From Chiloscyllium plagiosum (taxonomy: Eukaryota), in NCBI RefSeq assembly GCF_004010195.1, contig NC_057750.1, forward strand, positions 2,331,732 through 2,351,731: a DNA stretch of 20,000 nt, read 5' to 3'. A program made the position numbers and the translations under genes. Shown here in pieces: positions 17,897-20,000 of the stretch; positions within the stretch are counted from its first letter, which is position 1; every line of letters starts with the position of its first letter. The notes below the pieces were generated by a model, which made no database searches, was not told where the DNA came from, and saw only the letters and a program-made list of their open reading frames with translations.

Positions 17897-18220
17897 AGTC
17901 ACCCTGCCAAAGGAAGGATGCTATTAAACTGTGCATACAATGGTTTACCAGGATGTTGCCAGGGCTGGAGGGTCTGAGCTACAGGGAGAGGCTGAACAGN
18001 NNNNNNNGTGGTATGTGTGTGGAATGAGCTGCCAGAGGAAGTGGTGGAGGCTGGTACAATTGCAACATTTAAAAGGCATCTGGATGGGTATATGAATAGG
18101 AAGAGTTTGGAGGGATATGGGCCAAATGCTGGCAAATGGGGCTAGTTCAGTTTAGGATATCTGGTCAGCATGGACGAGTTGGGCCGAAGGGTTTGTGTCC
18201 ATGCTGTAAGATTCTATGAC
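17897..18220 (+). mobile_element. CR1/HER1 LINE 3' fragment spanning a 7-N gap (18000-18006)
   Basis: FTRMLPGLEGLSYRERLN before the gap; VWNELPEEVVEAGTIATFKRHLDGYMN after it. Confidence 0.9.
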
Positions 18221-18914
18221 CCCTCACAGAATGAGGAGCTGACAGATGAAAGAGTTCAATGGAACATGATCTTTGTGAGTCCCCCTCCTCCCCCTACCAA
18301 GGTCTCAGGCCCCTGGAGGGGGTGGGAGTTGGTGAGAGTTAGCAGCTTTCTGCAAGACCCTGCTCTCCTCAGCTCCCCGGTCGGTCGTCCTGTTTTTATA
18401 GATCCCAGGACAAACACGAAGCAGAAACCCACGGGAAAGAACTTGAGATCCGTCAGGGTCTGAAGGAATGTGTTAATTGCTGCAAGAGCCAAGTGATTGA
18501 ACTTGGGGCCTAACGCTCGAGAAGTCTGTGTTCCCTTCCCTGTAACAAGACAATGTTATGTTTGGGAAACTGCTCACTCTCTAGGCCCTCTCCTCTCACA
18601 GGCCAGTGAGATCTCTGGGAATTTGAGCTCCGGTGTAACCGCGGAGATGTGTTACTTCTCTGCTGCCTAGCGAGAGGATTTGGCAAGTTTTGAACGAGCT
18701 CCAAACTTAGTGAAAAGTTGAGTCAGGCGTTTTCCTGCTACTGTCGATAACAGAGATATATTAATAGCCTTATTGTGTCTGAAGTATGTCTTTGAAAGAC
18801 GGGATATGAGATCGAATGGAATTGGTTAGTTTGGTTTGCATTAAGTTTTGAGAAGGTGAATGTCCAGAGTTTCTAGCTGCCTCATGCCCTCAAAAAGCCT
18901 ATCATTCGGGTAAA

Positions 18915-19141
18915 ACAGTAGGGCAATAGTATTGCCACTAGGTTAGTAATGTGTCGAGTTAGATAAACCTTCCGGGAACATGGGTTCGAATCTGCCCATG
19001 GACTATAGTGAGGTGTAAATCCAATTAAAGGTGAGTTCTGTTTATACTCATTGCTGTAAAAATTAATCTGATTTGCTCAAACCCTGTAGAAAAGGGTTTG
19101 TCTGCTGTTTTTATCCCAGTATGGCCCACTTGTGACTCTCC
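18915..19141 (+). mobile_element. Degenerate SINE (family of 1519-1845)
   Basis: B box 'gggttcgaatc', then 'gctgtaaaaattaatctg' and 'tggcccacttgtgactc'. Confidence 0.5.
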
Positions 19142-19729
19142 CTCTACGTCACCAATAGCTCTTGCATTTCTGTAGCGCCTTTCACTCCCACAGAGCTCTG
19201 TGCAATCACTGCTGCGACGTAGCGAAGGTGGTAGCCAATGAGAGTCGGTGTTGAACAGGGCTGGCCCTGTCCCTGAACCAATCCCGTCGCGGTGGGGGTG
19301 GGGTTAGCCCGGCAGGCAGGAACTGACACCTCATCTCTTGAGGGTGAACTGAAGGGTTTGCCTGTTATCAAATCTTCCCAGAGCTTTGGATGTCACTCAG
19401 TACGTGACCCTGGTTACAAACTGTACCAAAGAGCAATGTTAAGCAATGACAAGGGAGGGAACAGACAGTACCCATTGATTGTTTCTGAACTGACAATGAT
19501 GCTCCCGTTGGGGATAGTTACACAGTGAACCAAGCCTTAACCCACATGAGGGAGCTGAGTCCAATCTGAGCACAGTGTGCTGTGAGCTTCCATCTCTGAG
19601 CTGCAGCAGCCTTGGAACTTGGCTCTCAGTGACCATGCAATCTCACAGCGCCCATGGGGATCTTACAAGGTTTTGACTTTATATAGCTCCTCTGGGATTG
19701 TGAGACATTCAGATTGTTTGACACGAGTG

Positions 19730-19833
19730 TCAAAGGCTGGCAAATGGGTCGAGATTAATTTAGAATATCTGGTACAGCACAGACGAGTCGGACCGAAGGG
19801 TCTGTTTCTGTGCTGTACATCTCTGTGACTCTA
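19730..19833 (+). mobile_element. CR1/HER1 3' UTR
   Basis: 'gctggcaaatggg...ggaccgaagggtctgtttctgtgctgtacatctctgtgactcta'. Confidence 0.85.
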
Positions 19834-19941
19834 CACCACGTGGGGTGTGGGTGAGAGAGAGATTTGAAGGAGCCTCTTTCAAGATAGAGGGAGAGGGAGG
19901 GGGGAGAGAGAGGGAGCGAGAAAGAGAGACAGAATTAGCAT

Positions 19942-20000
19942 CTCCCACAGTGCGGGGCTCCCTCAGCACTGACCCTCCCACAGTGCGGGGCTCCCCCAGC
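19942..20000. repeat. Start of a 33-bp minisatellite
   Basis: ctcccacagtgcggggctccctcagcactgacc, repeating from 19975 to the window end. Confidence 0.75.

Overview
Eukaryotic, repeat-dense vertebrate DNA. The repeat families (CR1/HER1-type LINE 3' ends, HE1 V-SINE, DeuSINE/SacSINE1-like, Penelope-type short elements) point to a cartilaginous fish, probably a shark; this is inferred from recalled consensus sequences. The only host coding sequence I can support is a 90-bp terminal exon at 2823-2912 (EFITELLRKLQGLHKVEVQKVGLESPQQH*), absent from the ORF track, which matches the last exon of PPP1R14A/CPI-17. The middle of the window holds a decayed Gmr1-type Ty3/gypsy LTR retrotransposon (LTR, tRNA-Pro-like PBS, SCAN-like gag, zinc knuckle, DTG protease, then integrase with no RT between). 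It is inserted into a SINE, has its 5' junction duplicated as a ~709-bp tandem, and runs into a 500-N gap. Other features are a ~1.25-kb 20-bp minisatellite with higher-order structure, a hammerhead-ribozyme-bearing insertion at its edge, and a 289-bp hAT MITE with a perfect 8-bp TSD. Most other ORFs in the track are repeat-derived or spurious. I see no convincing wholly new biological system; the findings are unusual instances of known systems.
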